64,000 bases of DNA from Tubulanus polymorphus (taxonomy: Eukaryota; Animalia; Nemertea). The stretch spans positions 7,262,655 to 7,326,654 of the forward strand of contig NC_134033.1 of the NCBI RefSeq assembly GCF_964204645.1, read 5' to 3'. This document shows, one piece after another, positions 26,827 to 38,964 of the stretch. Below the pieces are notes generated by a model. That model did no database searches. It was not told the DNA's origin and saw only the letters and a program-made list of their open reading frames with translations. The position numbers and the translations under genes were made by a program. How positions within the stretch are numbered: position 1 is the first letter of the stretch; each line of letters opens with the position of its first letter.

Positions 26827-29800
26827 ATGGGAGAGAATGAACACCAACCAGAAAATAATAATGTTAATAAAAATCAATATTATTGCCAATATTGTAAAAA
26901 ATACGTCGATACATCTAATAAAACACGACATGAAAAAACTGCAAATCATATAAAAAATGTAATAGATTTTGAAACTCCAGAAAATTCCAATGAAAGAAAA
27001 GAAAGATTAGAAAATATGAATGTAGATGAAAATAAAATGTGAAGTTTGTAATGAATTTATAGTAAAAAGGAATTATAATAGACATCTCGAATCACAAAAA
27101 CACCATCAAAATTTGAGTAATAATGTTTTAGGAAAAGATTATTTTGATGATAAACCTCAAAAAGTAAAAGACCAACTTCAAAAACTAAATCCATTTCAAA
27201 TAAACCTTACATGGAAAATGTTAGAAATTATATTGATTCACTAGAAATAAAAGATACAATTGAAATATTAGAAACATTACGTAGTAAAATTGGTCCTGCA
27301 GCTATTATATTTAGATTTTTTAAAGGTACAACAATAGAAGATTATAGTAAATTTAATGAAATAATAGAAAAAATACTAGATTTGATAACAGATGTTGAAT
27401 ATCCAAAAATTAGTATCTCTGGGAAAGTAAGTTTTTTAAAGTCAGAAGATAAAATGGATTATAATATTCAAACACTCTCTGAAGAAATAATTTCAAAAAC
27501 ACAAATAAAAGAGAAGTTAGAAAAAATATTTAATGAATTTAAACGTCATATTGAAGAAAGATATTTTGAGGGTTCTGGCTTAACATTGAATGAAATTATA
27601 TTTTTAGATTTAAATGTTTATAATACAAAAAGAAAAGAAATAAAACATCAAAAAGTAATAAAATGTTTAAAAATGATTCAAACTTTACAACAGAAAAGGA
27701 GGATATAAAAGGATCATCTTATATTAAATTACCATTTACAACAAAAGCAGTAATAAATGTTCAAAATGAAGATAATAAATGTTTTCTGTGGGCAATTATT
27801 AGTTGCTTACATCCAACAGAAGATATTACATATAGTTTTAGAATAACAAATTACCGGAAATATGAAACATTATATAAAATTGATCAATATCCAGTAACTA
27901 TAAAAATGATTTCTAAAATAGAAAAAGTTAATAATTTAAAAATAAATGTATTCGAATTAATGCAATTACCAACGACAAAAGGTGAAAATATTAAAGATTA
28001 TACATTGGAAGCTTTTTATTTAACAGAATATTATGATGATGAAAATGCTATAGATTTGTTATATTACAAAAAAGATGAAAATGAACATTATATGTGGTTA
28101 AAACAAATTGATTTATTCTTTAGAACAGAAAGTGATCATCATCGTAAAATTTATCTATGTAGAAAATGTTTATCTAAATTTATGACTGAGAATACATTAT
28201 TAAAACATAAAGAATTATGTGATAATAAAGATTTTTGTAAATTAATAATGCCAACAGAAAAAGATTATAAATTTAAATTTACTAATCATAAATTTAAAAA
28301 TATTGTTCCATTTATAATTTATGGGGATTTTGAATCGTTGAATAAAGAATTAACTGATCAAGATAGAAAAGAAATATATAACAAAAAGCAATTATTAAAA
28401 TCAATGGATAAAGGAAATGAATTAAATGAAGACACAATACAAGACCCACCAACTATAAATACAATTGAAAAAGTTCATCAAAGAGCTGCTGCTTATGGAA
28501 TTTATATAAAATCAAATTATCCTGAATTATATGAAAGTCAATATATTTCGTTTAGAGGTGAAAAAGTAGTTAATGATTTTTGTGACAAAATGATTGAATT
28601 AGAAAGTGATTTTGCAAAATTATTAAACAAAAATAAAAGAATAGTAATGACAAAAGAAGATGAAATTGAAAAATTTAAAAGAATTATTGTGAAAAACGTT
28701 TTTATTCATTTGATAAAAAAGTTAGAGATCATGATCATTTAAATTCAAAATATCGTGGAGCTGCTCATGAAGATTGCAATTTACAAGCTAAGAAAGTTAA
28801 TTTCGTACCAATATTATTTCATAATTTATCAGGCTATGATACCCATCTATTTATAAAACAATTATCGGGAAAATTGGGCGCAATTAATCAAGAAATAGAA
28901 GAATATAATGCTATGAATGGTGTAAATGTAAGAAAATATGATTTTAAATTATTAGCTAAAACATCTGAAAATTATATTTCATTTCAATTTGGTTGCATTA
29001 GATTTTTAGATTCTTATAGATTTCTAGCAAGTTCATTAGATTATTTATCAAAAAGTTTAGTTGATAATGATTTTGTTATAACTCGATATTATTATCCAAA
29101 TGAACAAGATTTTAAATTATTGAGATATAAAGGCGCAATTCCTTGTTCATTTTATAAAACACACAATGATTTTAATGTAACAGAATTATTAAAAGATCAA
29201 TTTTATGATCAATTAAAAGACGAGTATGTGAAAGACGAAGTGTTTAATAGAACATTAAATATTTGGAACCATTTTAAGATGAAAAATCATGGCGAATTAG
29301 TTGATTTATATTTAAAATCAGATGTTATGATATTGGCTGACATATTTGAAAAATTTAGAGAAGTTAATTTGAATCATTTTAATGTTGATCCTTGTTATTG
29401 CTACTCTAGTCCTGGTTTAACCTGGCAATAATGTGGTTTAAAATATACTAATGTAGTGTTAGATTTATTAAAAGAACCAGACATGGTTTTATTATTTGAA
29501 AAATCAATTAGAGGTGGAATTAGTGGTGTTATGGGAGATATTTTAAAGCAAATGATGAATATAAATTATTATATATTGATGCCAATAATTTATATGGTTG
29601 GGCAATGATGCAACCTCAACCATATAAAAATTTTATATTAACAGAAGTTGAAAATGATGATAAAACTGATCGGGAAAGCGCAATTATGAGTTTAAAAGAT
29701 GAAGCACCAATTTGTTATTTCTTTGTAGTTGATTTAGAATATCCTGAAAATATAAAGTTTAAAACAAGAAACTTACCTTATTGCCCAGAACATTTAACTG

Positions 29801-31893
29801 TAGATGATATTTATTTAAGTGATTACCAGAAGAAAATAAAACCGAAAGATCATGTTTTTACAGAAAAATTAATACTTACTCAAAATAATAAATACAATTA
29901 TATTGTTCATTATAGAATGTTAAAATTTTATCTAAAACAAGATATGAAATTAAAGAAAGTACATAGATATATTGAATTTAATCAATCGAAGTGGTTAGAG
30001 AAATATATAGATTTCAATACTCAACAGAGAACAATATCAAAAACAGATTTTGAAAAAGATTTCTTCAAATTAATGAATAATAGTTTTTATGGTAAAACAT
30101 GCAAAAATATTAGAAATAGAAATGATATTGAATTAGTAAATAATTCTGAAAGATTAACACATTTACAATCAAGTCCTAGACATTTAGGAAATAAAAGATT
30201 TGAAGATTATTTAACAGCAGTTAAATTAAAAAGAACGTCAATGAAATTTAATAAACCTATATTCATTGGTTCAACTATTTTAGAAGTATCAAAATTATTA
30301 ATGTATGATTTCTATTATAATGTTTTACAACCACTTTTTGGGGAAAAGCATATTGAAATATTATATTTTGATTCTGTAACAGCTGACACCCCAATATTAT
30401 TAAAATGTAATGATAAAATATTGATAAGAAGAATTTCAGAAATAATTCCAAAACAAAATGAATGTTATATTTCATATGGTGAAAAAGAATTAATACAAAT
30501 AAATGGATTAATGGATGTTTGGACAAGAAATAGATGGAAAAAATTAAAGAATATTATTAGACATAAAACAAATAAGAAAATCTATAGAGTTAGAACTAAA
30601 TTAGGGTTTGTAGATGTTACAGAAGATCATAGTTTAATTAAACGAAATGGCGATGAAATAAAACCAACTGATATAAAAATTGGAGATGAATTATTACATA
30701 AAAGATTTTTCCAAAGAATGAATCATATGTCATTTGATGAAATAATTGATAATATTTATAATATAGAACCCGAAACATTAGAAGAAAAAGAATATTTTAT
30801 CAAAGGATTTTTTATGGGTGATGGTTCAGCAGGTGTGTATAATTATGTTTGGGGTAATAAATATTGTTGGTATTTATGCAATCAAGACTTAAAATTATTA
30901 GAAAGAATTAAGAAATTCTGTGAAGAAGTTTATTCACATAAAACATTCAGAATCATGGATGTTATGAAATCATCAGCAGTTTATAGAATACTTGTAAATA
31001 ATCCTAAAGATTTTGCTATAAAATATAATGATGAATTCTATATTCATGCAATAGCGGAAAGTAATACTTCAACAAAAGAAAAGATAGTTCCAGATTATGT
31101 ATTAAATGCAAAAAATAATTTAAGAAAATGGTTCTTCATTGGGTTCTATGCTGCAGATGGTTCAAAAAGTTTCAAAAAATGCAAAACGATATCTTTAGCT
31201 CAAAAAGGAAAAGTTGCTATATCAGGATTGAATATATTATGCAATTCATTAGGTTTTAATATGAATATTGGATTGATTAAATCTAAACCAAATTGCTTTA
31301 ATTTAAGCCATGTAGAAAATGAGTTAACAGAATAAGTTAAAGATTTATTTGAAATATATAACCCAACAGATTATGTTTATGATTTATCAACTGAAGATGG
31401 TACATTTAACTGTGGATTTCCATTAATAGCGGTCAATACTGATGCGTACATACTAAAAATCAAGACAAATGACATAACAAAAGACTTAAAAACATTAAAA
31501 CATCATTTTGATTTTAGCAATTATCCTAAAGATCATGAACTATTTAGCAATGATAATAAAAAGATTCCTGGTAAATTTAAAGGTGAATTAGGGGGTGATG
31601 AAATGATTGAATTTGTTGGGATAAGAAGTAAAATGTATAGTTACAGAACAAAAGATCATGAAGCTAAAAAGTTAAAAGGAATAACAAAACACGCGGTTGA
31701 TAAACATATAGAATTTCAAGATTATATAAAGTATTTATATAACTCAATTGTAATGAAACATAAAATGAATTGTTTAAGATCAGAAAATCACGAGATGTAC
31801 ATTAATGAAGTTGAAAAAACTAGTTTGAATCCATTTGATGATAAAAGGCATATTTTAGATGATGGTATAAAAACATTACCTTATGGCCATTAA
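26827..31893 (+). pseudogene. polB: Protein-primed family B DNA polymerase (group-2 type) with N-terminal Zn fingers/terminal-protein region, OTU-like protease motif, EndoVII/HNH insert and intein
   Basis: Motifs across the frameshifts include GSG, NEDNKCFLWA...HY, ExoI YGDFES, VRDHDH..YRGAAH..CN, ExoII FHNLSGYD and ExoIII YLKSDV. They continue with IRGG, motif A YIDANNLYG, motif B KLMNNSFYGK, motif C YFD/TD, KMYS and KLKG. There are about 5 frameshifts and 2 in-frame stops. Confidence 0.95.
30373..31437 (+). mobile_element. Intein with LAGLIDADG homing endonuclease (355 codons, one in-frame TAA at 31333)
   Basis: Block A is SVTADTP after YFD and block B is VTEDH. The LAGLIDADG motifs are KGFFMGDGS and IGFYAADGS. 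Block F is YVYDLSTEDGTF and block G is IAVN followed by extein TDAY. Confidence 0.95.
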
Positions 31894-33726
31894 AACAGAA
31901 AATCAATATCATCATACTCTATCATCATACTCTATATACTATTGGCTTCATTATTTTCATTTAATTGTTCTTGTATAATTTGTTTAGGTTCTTCCATTTC
32001 AATTTTTCCTTGTTAATTCGTCAGATGGAATTATAATATCGATGTTTAAATAATTTACAATCTTATTTAAAAAGAATTCCTAACTAATTGAATCTGTTAT
32101 TCTATTTTCCAAATGATACATTAATAGTTGTTTGAATGTTTTTTATATTTTCCATATCTTCTTCTGTTAATTTAGGTTTTTCATAATAATCGTTAAATAA
32201 TAAATATAAATACATTTTCTTTTGTTTTGTGTTAAATGTTGATGGAATAAATGTTTTTATAATATCTTTTTTAGTTATTTCACCATTTTTATTTTCTATC
32301 ATTTTCATTTTTTCAAGCCATTGCATATATTCTGGTGTATGATCTTCTATAGAAAATATTTTAAAAATTTCATCTAGATAATTTAATTATGGTTCTATGA
32401 GAAAATCTCTAGTTTTTTCTTCACCCCATAAATTCTTTTGCCATCCACATTCATTACAAAATAACACAGTACCTTCTTGTCTTAAGGTCGCATAACTACA
32501 TTGTGGGCATTTTTGTTTATAATTTATTGGTAATAGGTCTTCATTAAGCTCCTGGTATTTTCTTACGTTTTCTTTATGTTTTATTGTTCTATTATGTAGA
32601 TTTGAATTACTTGTTGTAATAATCAATTTACAATATTTACAATAATATGTTTTTCTTGTTAATTCATTATATCGTTTTTCTAATTTTTCAACTGTTTCTT
32701 TATTATCTGGTAACGTTTTCTCATATTTTATTTTTTCTAAACTATTTTTTCTTTCATTGAATTCTGCTTCAAATGTATTAGAAATTTTATCTATATGTAT
32801 TTTACGAAATTGATGATTCTCCCAATCTTCTATATTTTCAGGGCTATATTTTATTCGACAAGGCTCACAGAAATGATCTTTTATATTATCCTTATCATAG
32901 AATAAGAAAGGTCTTTTCCAAATAATTTCAGGTTCAACTTCAACAGAATTACTATTACTTTCATAACTATCAACATTAGCTGTTGCGCCATTAATTTTAC
33001 ACTTCTCTGAATGTTTTTTAACATAATTTCTTGAGAATAATTTATTACATTTTGGGCAATTTATTTTAGGGGGTTTATAATTTTCATCATGTTTTTTCAT
33101 ATGTGTATTCTTTTAATTCTACCATTTTTTATAACATAAAAAAATTACCGCTCATCACTAAAAATTAATTTTAATAAAATTTTTCCTTAATAAATGGATG
33201 AGAAGATACCATGCGAAATTTGTGGTGAACTTCTAAGAAAAAGTAATATGGCTCGACATATGAAAAAACATGATGAAAATTATAAACCCCCTAAAATAAA
33301 TTGCCCAAAATGTAATAAATTATTCTCAAGAAATTATGTTAAAAAACATTCAGAGAAGTGTAAAATTAATGGCGCAACAGCTAATGTTGATAGTTATGAA
33401 AGTAATAGTAATTCTGTTGAAGGCTCACAGAAATGATCTTTTATATTATCCTTATCATAGAATAAGAAAGGTCTTTTCCAAATAATTTCAGGTTCAACTT
33501 CAACAGAATTACTATTACTTTCATAACTATCAACATTAGCTGTTGCGCCATTAATTTTACACTTCTCTGAATGTTTTTTAACATAATTTCTTGAGAATAA
33601 TTTATTACATTTTGGGCAATTTATTTTAGGGGGTTTATAATTTTCATCATGTTTTTTCATATGTCTAGCCATATTACTTTTTCTTAGAAGTTCACCACAA
33701 ATTTCGCATGGTATCTTCTCATCCAT
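31891..33726 (-). pseudogene. Multi-zinc-finger protein (C2H2/U1-like fingers plus a C-terminal Zn ribbon), disrupted by stops and an inverted triplication
   Basis: Motifs are CEIC..H..H, CPKC, CEPC, CKYC and CPQC..CNEC. ORFs 33726-33394, 33100-32387 and 32326-32102 are pieces of one gene; the last two are in frame across a TAA. Confidence 0.7.
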
Positions 33727-33794
33727 TTATTAAGGAAAAATCTTATTTAAATTAATTTTTAGTGATGAGCGGTAATTTTTTTATGTTATAAATA

Positions 33795-34552
33795 ATGGTA
33801 GAATTAAAAGAATACAGAATATTTGTTGATTCTAGAAAACTTACAAATTATAAATCACATAATTTAATAGTTCAATTAGATAGAGAATTTAAGAATTGTG
33901 TTGATTTAAAATTAGTAAATATAAGTTTATGTAACTCATTTTACAATATATCGGATAAAAGTCTAGAACATTTAATTTTTTCAATCTTTTACAAAAAAGG
34001 AATAAATGGTTTTTTATATATTTAAAACCAGGATTATATAATTTAGATACATTAGCACAAGAAATTAATAGAAAAGCTCGAGCTAAATTAGGCAGTGATT
34101 CCGGATTTAGTATTAGAATTCTAAAAAGTGATAGTTCTAATAAAATAAAGATTAGGTTAGCTAATGACGAACAATTTAAATTTACAGTAAGAAAACCTTT
34201 AGGTAAACTGTCAGGAATTAACCCAGATATTGTTACAGCATACGCAGAAGGTAGATCAAACTTAATACCTTTTACACACTTGTATATTTATTGCAATTTA
34301 ATTGATCCTACAAAAACATTCGAAGCAACTAAAGATACAATTTGTAATTCTAGTATATTAAATATTTTACCATTAAAGAATGTTAAACAATTTGGAACGC
34401 AAATAAATTATACTTTAACTGAATGTGATTTTAAACCTTGTATTCCTCAATTTAATAATTTTAAATTAGAAATAAGAAATCATAATGGTTATTTAATTGA
34501 TTTGAATAACTTTCCTGTGATATATGAATTAGTTATAAGATGTAGAGAGTAA
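33795..34552 (+). pseudogene. Minor capsid (penton-like, single jelly-roll) protein, one frameshift ~34020
   Basis: The pattern IFVDSR...NSFYNI...PGLY...LYIYCNLI...IL..LP...LEIRNHNGYLIDL is typical of Polinton/virophage minor capsid proteins. Length is ~250 aa. Confidence 0.75.
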
Positions 34553-34568
34553 TTTTTTCACTATATAA

Positions 34569-34925
34569 ATGAATATAACTGTTGGACCGATTATATGTTT
34601 TGGGTTTGATTTTAAATGTGAGAAAGAAATGAAATTTAACATTAATGATGTAATTACACATATTAGAAATATTGCATTTTCTAATGAAACAACAGTTGAG
34701 TATGAAACAACAATAGATAAAGAAACTTTTAATGTAGAAAAGATAACTAATTTAATTAGAGAATCTTTAATATTTTATGAATTAGATGAAGATTTTATCA
34801 TCGATGATATTAAAAAAATAATAATTGAAATATATACAAATGAAACTAGTAATGAAATAAATGTTGAATTAATCGTAAATAAGTTAACTAAATATTTTGA
34901 TGATAGTAATATTTTTGATAAATAA
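34569..34925 (+). CDS. Hypothetical Polinton protein, 118 aa
   Basis: Intact ORF with an ATAAATG start, in a compact gene array. Confidence 0.7.
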   Translation: MNITVGPIICFGFDFKCEKEMKFNINDVITHIRNIAFSNETTVEYETTIDKETFNVEKITNLIRESLIFYELDEDFIIDDIKKIIIEIYTNETSNEINVELIVNKLTKYFDDSNIFDK

Positions 34926-35147
34926 ATGAGTGATAATAAGTGGATAATAACTGGATTATATAATGGAGCATTACTATCAGTTGGAACTGTTGGTTATTCA
35001 ATGGTATTAAAAAAAGTATTTAAAATGGGAAGTGTTACTGTTGATAGATTTGATATAAATGATATCTTAAAACTAACGTTAGCAATTACTTTATCTAATT
35101 TAACTATTGATTATTTAGAAAAACAAAAATATATTCCTCCCATATAA
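34926..35147 (+). CDS. Small hydrophobic protein, 73 aa
   Basis: Intact ORF with an ATAAATG start and two hydrophobic segments. Confidence 0.7.
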   Translation: MSDNKWIITGLYNGALLSVGTVGYSMVLKKVFKMGSVTVDRFDINDILKLTLAITLSNLTIDYLEKQKYIPPI

Positions 35148-35171
35148 ATACATAATTATTTTGCTAAATAA

Positions 35172-35591
35172 ATGGCTTCTGCAGTTATAACTATTATGGG
35201 ATCGGCAATTGTTAACGCTTTAGCATTTACTGGTGGCGGTTATTTATTTAAGCATATTGATAAAAATAGTTCATTAGGAGAACAAAGAAGACATAACTTA
35301 GCATTAGAGAAATACAATAAAGCAGCAGAAGAATATAGAGAAAAGAGGCAAAACTATATGGATTATATTAACAAGGAATTATATGATCAGAAGATTTCAC
35401 ATAGAGATTTTCAATCAGTCGATGATGCAATATATAACGCGGTAACCAATAAAGAAAAATTACAACTATAAAAACCTAAATTATCAGATTATTATACCCC
35501 AAGTAAAGAACAACAGAAATATGAAATAATTTGGATTTTAGGTTGAACAGTTATTGTTATATTTGTTGCTTATAAGTTTACTAATCAGTAA
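35172..35591 (+). pseudogene. Small protein with N-terminal amphipathic/hydrophobic helix, coiled coil and C-terminal TM
   Basis: MASAVITIMGSAIVNALAFTGGGYLF... A frameshift at ~35470 continues as KPKLSDYYTPS...IIWILG*TVIVIFVAYKF. Confidence 0.7.
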
Positions 35592-35607
35592 TTTTTTTTC
35601 TAAATAA

Positions 35608-36042
35608 ATGGAAGATAAAGTTGATAATATTGATATTATTCCTCATGATATAAATAAAACTAAATTAAAAATATATTTAGAAAAACAAATATTAAAATTT
35701 GAAAGTGACTTAAAAGTTAAAAAGAAAAAATATTTAAAAAGTAGAATTATATATTATCTTATTATCAGTGGTTCGGTTAGAATTAGTTCTGTAATAACAT
35801 TTCTAGCAAAATTCAGCCCATTAACACCTTTAGCTATATCAATTGGTGTGTTAGGATTAAGTTCAAGTGTTTTAACTGGTATAAGTTCAAAATTAAATAT
35901 AAAAAGTAATAAAGAAAAAATTAAAACTAATATAAAAGAAATTAATAAATTAAAGAATACACTAGATTATATAATAAGTTTAAATGGCCATATAACAGTT
36001 GAAGAACAAGATAAATTATTAAAAGAATTAATAAATTATTAA
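35608..36042 (+). CDS. Two-TM coiled-coil protein, 144 aa
   Basis: Intact ORF with an ATAAATG start. A hydrophobic hairpin is flanked by Lys-rich coils. Confidence 0.7.
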   Translation: MEDKVDNIDIIPHDINKTKLKIYLEKQILKFESDLKVKKKKYLKSRIIYYLIISGSVRISSVITFLAKFSPLTPLAISIGVLGLSSSVLTGISSKLNIKSNKEKIKTNIKEINKLKNTLDYIISLNGHITVEEQDKLLKELINY

Positions 36043-36058
36043 TTTTTTAATTATATAA

Positions 36059-37447
36059 ATGGCAGATAGTTTTCCAAAAGCTTTCCAATATAATAAATCA
36101 ATTAAATATAATATTCCAGCAATAGATTTTGATAAAGATATTACATATAGAAATGAAGTTTTAGATTCATTAACTAATTTAGAAATTTATGTTACTGAAA
36201 CTAATAATTTTAATGCAAAGATGGAAAATATATTTCATGTATATTTAATTAATTTTAAAAAATTGAAAGATGAAAAACAATGGTTATTAAAATCTAATAT
36301 GAAGTATTGGCAGAACCAATTAAATTTTGCTGTTTATTGTGCAACAACAGGATGTGGAATTAGTTGGAATGATCATTTGAATAATTCTAAATATAAATTA
36401 ATTCAAAGTTTATTTTGATTTCATACATACTTTCAAATCAGAATAATATTAAATGAATTAGAGTGCGCTTTACCAGGATCTAGATATTTTAAAGAATTAG
36501 ATAATAATATTAATTTATCAAAGTTTTATAAAATTTGTAATGAATTTAATATAGATATAAATAATTCTGATTTTAGAACAAAAATTGGAACAATAAGATC
36601 ACTTCCTTACCCTAAAAAGATTGCAGAATATTGTGCACTTCCCATACCATCTAATAGTTATTATAATATCTATAATAATAAATTAGGTTATGGTAAAATA
36701 GAAACTAAGGATTTAGAAACATTAAATTTCAATAAATTACCGAAATTTTATGATCATTTAAAACAAGAAAACAATAATGGTTGGGTTTATTTTATTTTAG
36801 AAAATAGTGAAGGTTTTACTAAATCAGGTATAGAAAGAATAAATCAATTTATTAGAACTTATTTGATATGTATTTTAGGTGCACAAGTTGAAACAAGATC
36901 CCCAATAATTGGAAATTTAAATACATCATTTGATACACAGAAACAATTCAAAGTATTATTTGAAGATTCTGTTCGTAATGATAAAAATAGATCGATTCCA
37001 GAAAACATTGTAAGATATCAAAATTATTTAGATAAATCACATATTAGATTAAACTATTGTATAGGCCCTAATCTATTTATTATTTCTAATGATTTAGTAT
37101 TAAAGATGGGAAATATGATTGGTTATAATAATCTAATTAAAACTGCAACAAAAAATAATTCATTTGGATTGAATGATATAAATAAAAAGATTATTACTGC
37201 ACCAAAATTAATGGAAGGTGAAAAAAATAAAAAACACATTCAATCAACAGAAACTAAAACTAAAAATATTAAATTGGATAATGATTCCAAAATAAAAGAT
37301 TATAATACATCAGAAAATATTAAAACTGATAATATTCAACATGATATAATTAAAACTGATAATGATAATAAATCCCATGAAAATACTAAATTAGCTTTAA
37401 CTTGTATAGGAATTGTTATAGGAGGAATATTATATTTTAAATTTTAA
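36059..37447 (+). pseudogene. Unknown ~460-aa protein with C-terminal TM anchor (one in-frame TGA at 36416)
   Basis: The frame continues across the stop into ORF 36863-37447. It includes WQNQLNFAVYCATTGCG and ends LALTCIGIVIGGILYFKF. Confidence 0.7.
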
Positions 37448-37463
37448 TTTTTTTATTATATAA

Positions 37464-38944
37464 ATGGATGTAGAAGGTGGAGAAGATATTGGAATGGATA
37501 CTTTTTATGAACCTGGTATAAGTGATGAACAACCACCCGATTTTAGTGAAACAAGTTTTAGTAATGATAATAAAATAGAATATAATACTAATTTACCAGA
37601 AGTTCTTCCTGGTTCTAAAAACCCGTCAACAGATGAATTCATTAGAGGAGCTAAATCGAGAATAGATATTCAAAATGAAGTACCAGAATTAGAAAAAAAA
37701 ATTAAATTTTAATGAAATTATTCGTGATTTTAAACCAATATTAAAAAGATCTGGTTTCAATATAACGAATAAAGGTATGGATTATTTAGTAGAAGATTTA
37801 AAATATTTAAATGGCGATTATTATTGGCATTTGAAAGATGACTATTATTTTAAGATTTCAAATCTTAAAAGTAACGATAAAATAATAACACAATCAACTT
37901 TTAATTTATTAAAAGCAGATAGAATTAAGAAAATCGTTAATGATCTTATAACTGATGTTACAGAAAAAGAGATAATTGATAATAGAAGAGAATTTAAACA
38001 TAGAAATGCTAAATTTTTGAAGATAATTAATGAAAATTTAAGACAAAAAAAAATTCATAAAGAAGCTATTAATTCCAAAACTAGTAAACTTAAATCAACC
38101 GAAGTTCAAACTGAAAAACTTTTACCGAATGGATTAATTGATGCAACAGATCAAGAATTAGAAGATTTAAATAATATATTTTCTGATGAAGCAATTAGAG
38201 AAATTAAAAGTATAACCCTTGCATCTGATAAAATTGCGCATGATAAAAGTATGAGATTTTAAAATTAGAACTTTAGAAAACGAATTAACTGATAAAAATA
38301 AAGAAATAGAACAATTAAAGTCTGATTTAGATCATCAAGTAATTGATGAAATAGAATATAGGAAAAAAGAATTACGTTTAGAAAAAGAAAAAGATGATTT
38401 AGAATATAACGTAGAATTACAAAAAGAAGAAATTAAATTATTGTTAAAATCATATGATTATAATATTAATAGATTAACAGTTATTTTCAAAGATTTGTTG
38501 ATAAAACCAAATTCTGAAATATCATTAAAAGATAGAATAAAGTTATTATTTAAATTAGAAGGAATAACAATTCTTTCAATTCTAACAGCTGTAACTATGT
38601 TATTTACAACAATAGGTTTAGCAATATCAAATGCTTTGAAATCTACGCCTACTCCCAATAAACCAGATAAACCCCCAGATAATAATTCTATACAAGATAA
38701 AGTTAAAGATGGTTTAAAGAAATTAGCAAAATATTTATGGGAACTATCTAAAAAATCTGCTGCAGCATTACCAGGAATTATTGCATCAATTGTTGGTTTT
38801 ATATTGAAATCTGCAGGTAATATTCTTAACTTTGCTGCGGAACATATTATTTTATTTTTAATTACAGTTGTAAGTGCTATTATTTTTGGGTTAGTGTATA
38901 TGATATCAAAAAGATATCAAGAAAAAATAATAAAAAATAAATAA
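37464..38944 (+). pseudogene. Long coiled-coil protein with C-terminal TM helices (fragmented)
   Basis: Collinear ORFs 37464-37712, 37777-38262 and 38441-38944. Hydrophobic segments are GITILSILTAVTMLFTTIGLAI and ALPGIIASIVGFIL...IILFLITVVSAIIFGLVY. Confidence 0.7.
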
Positions 38945-38964
38945 TTAATTTTTTCGTTAAATAA

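Noticed and set aside
33194-33436. Separate plus-strand zinc-finger gene
   Set aside because: It is the inverted copy of the 5' part of the 33726 gene, created by the triplication.
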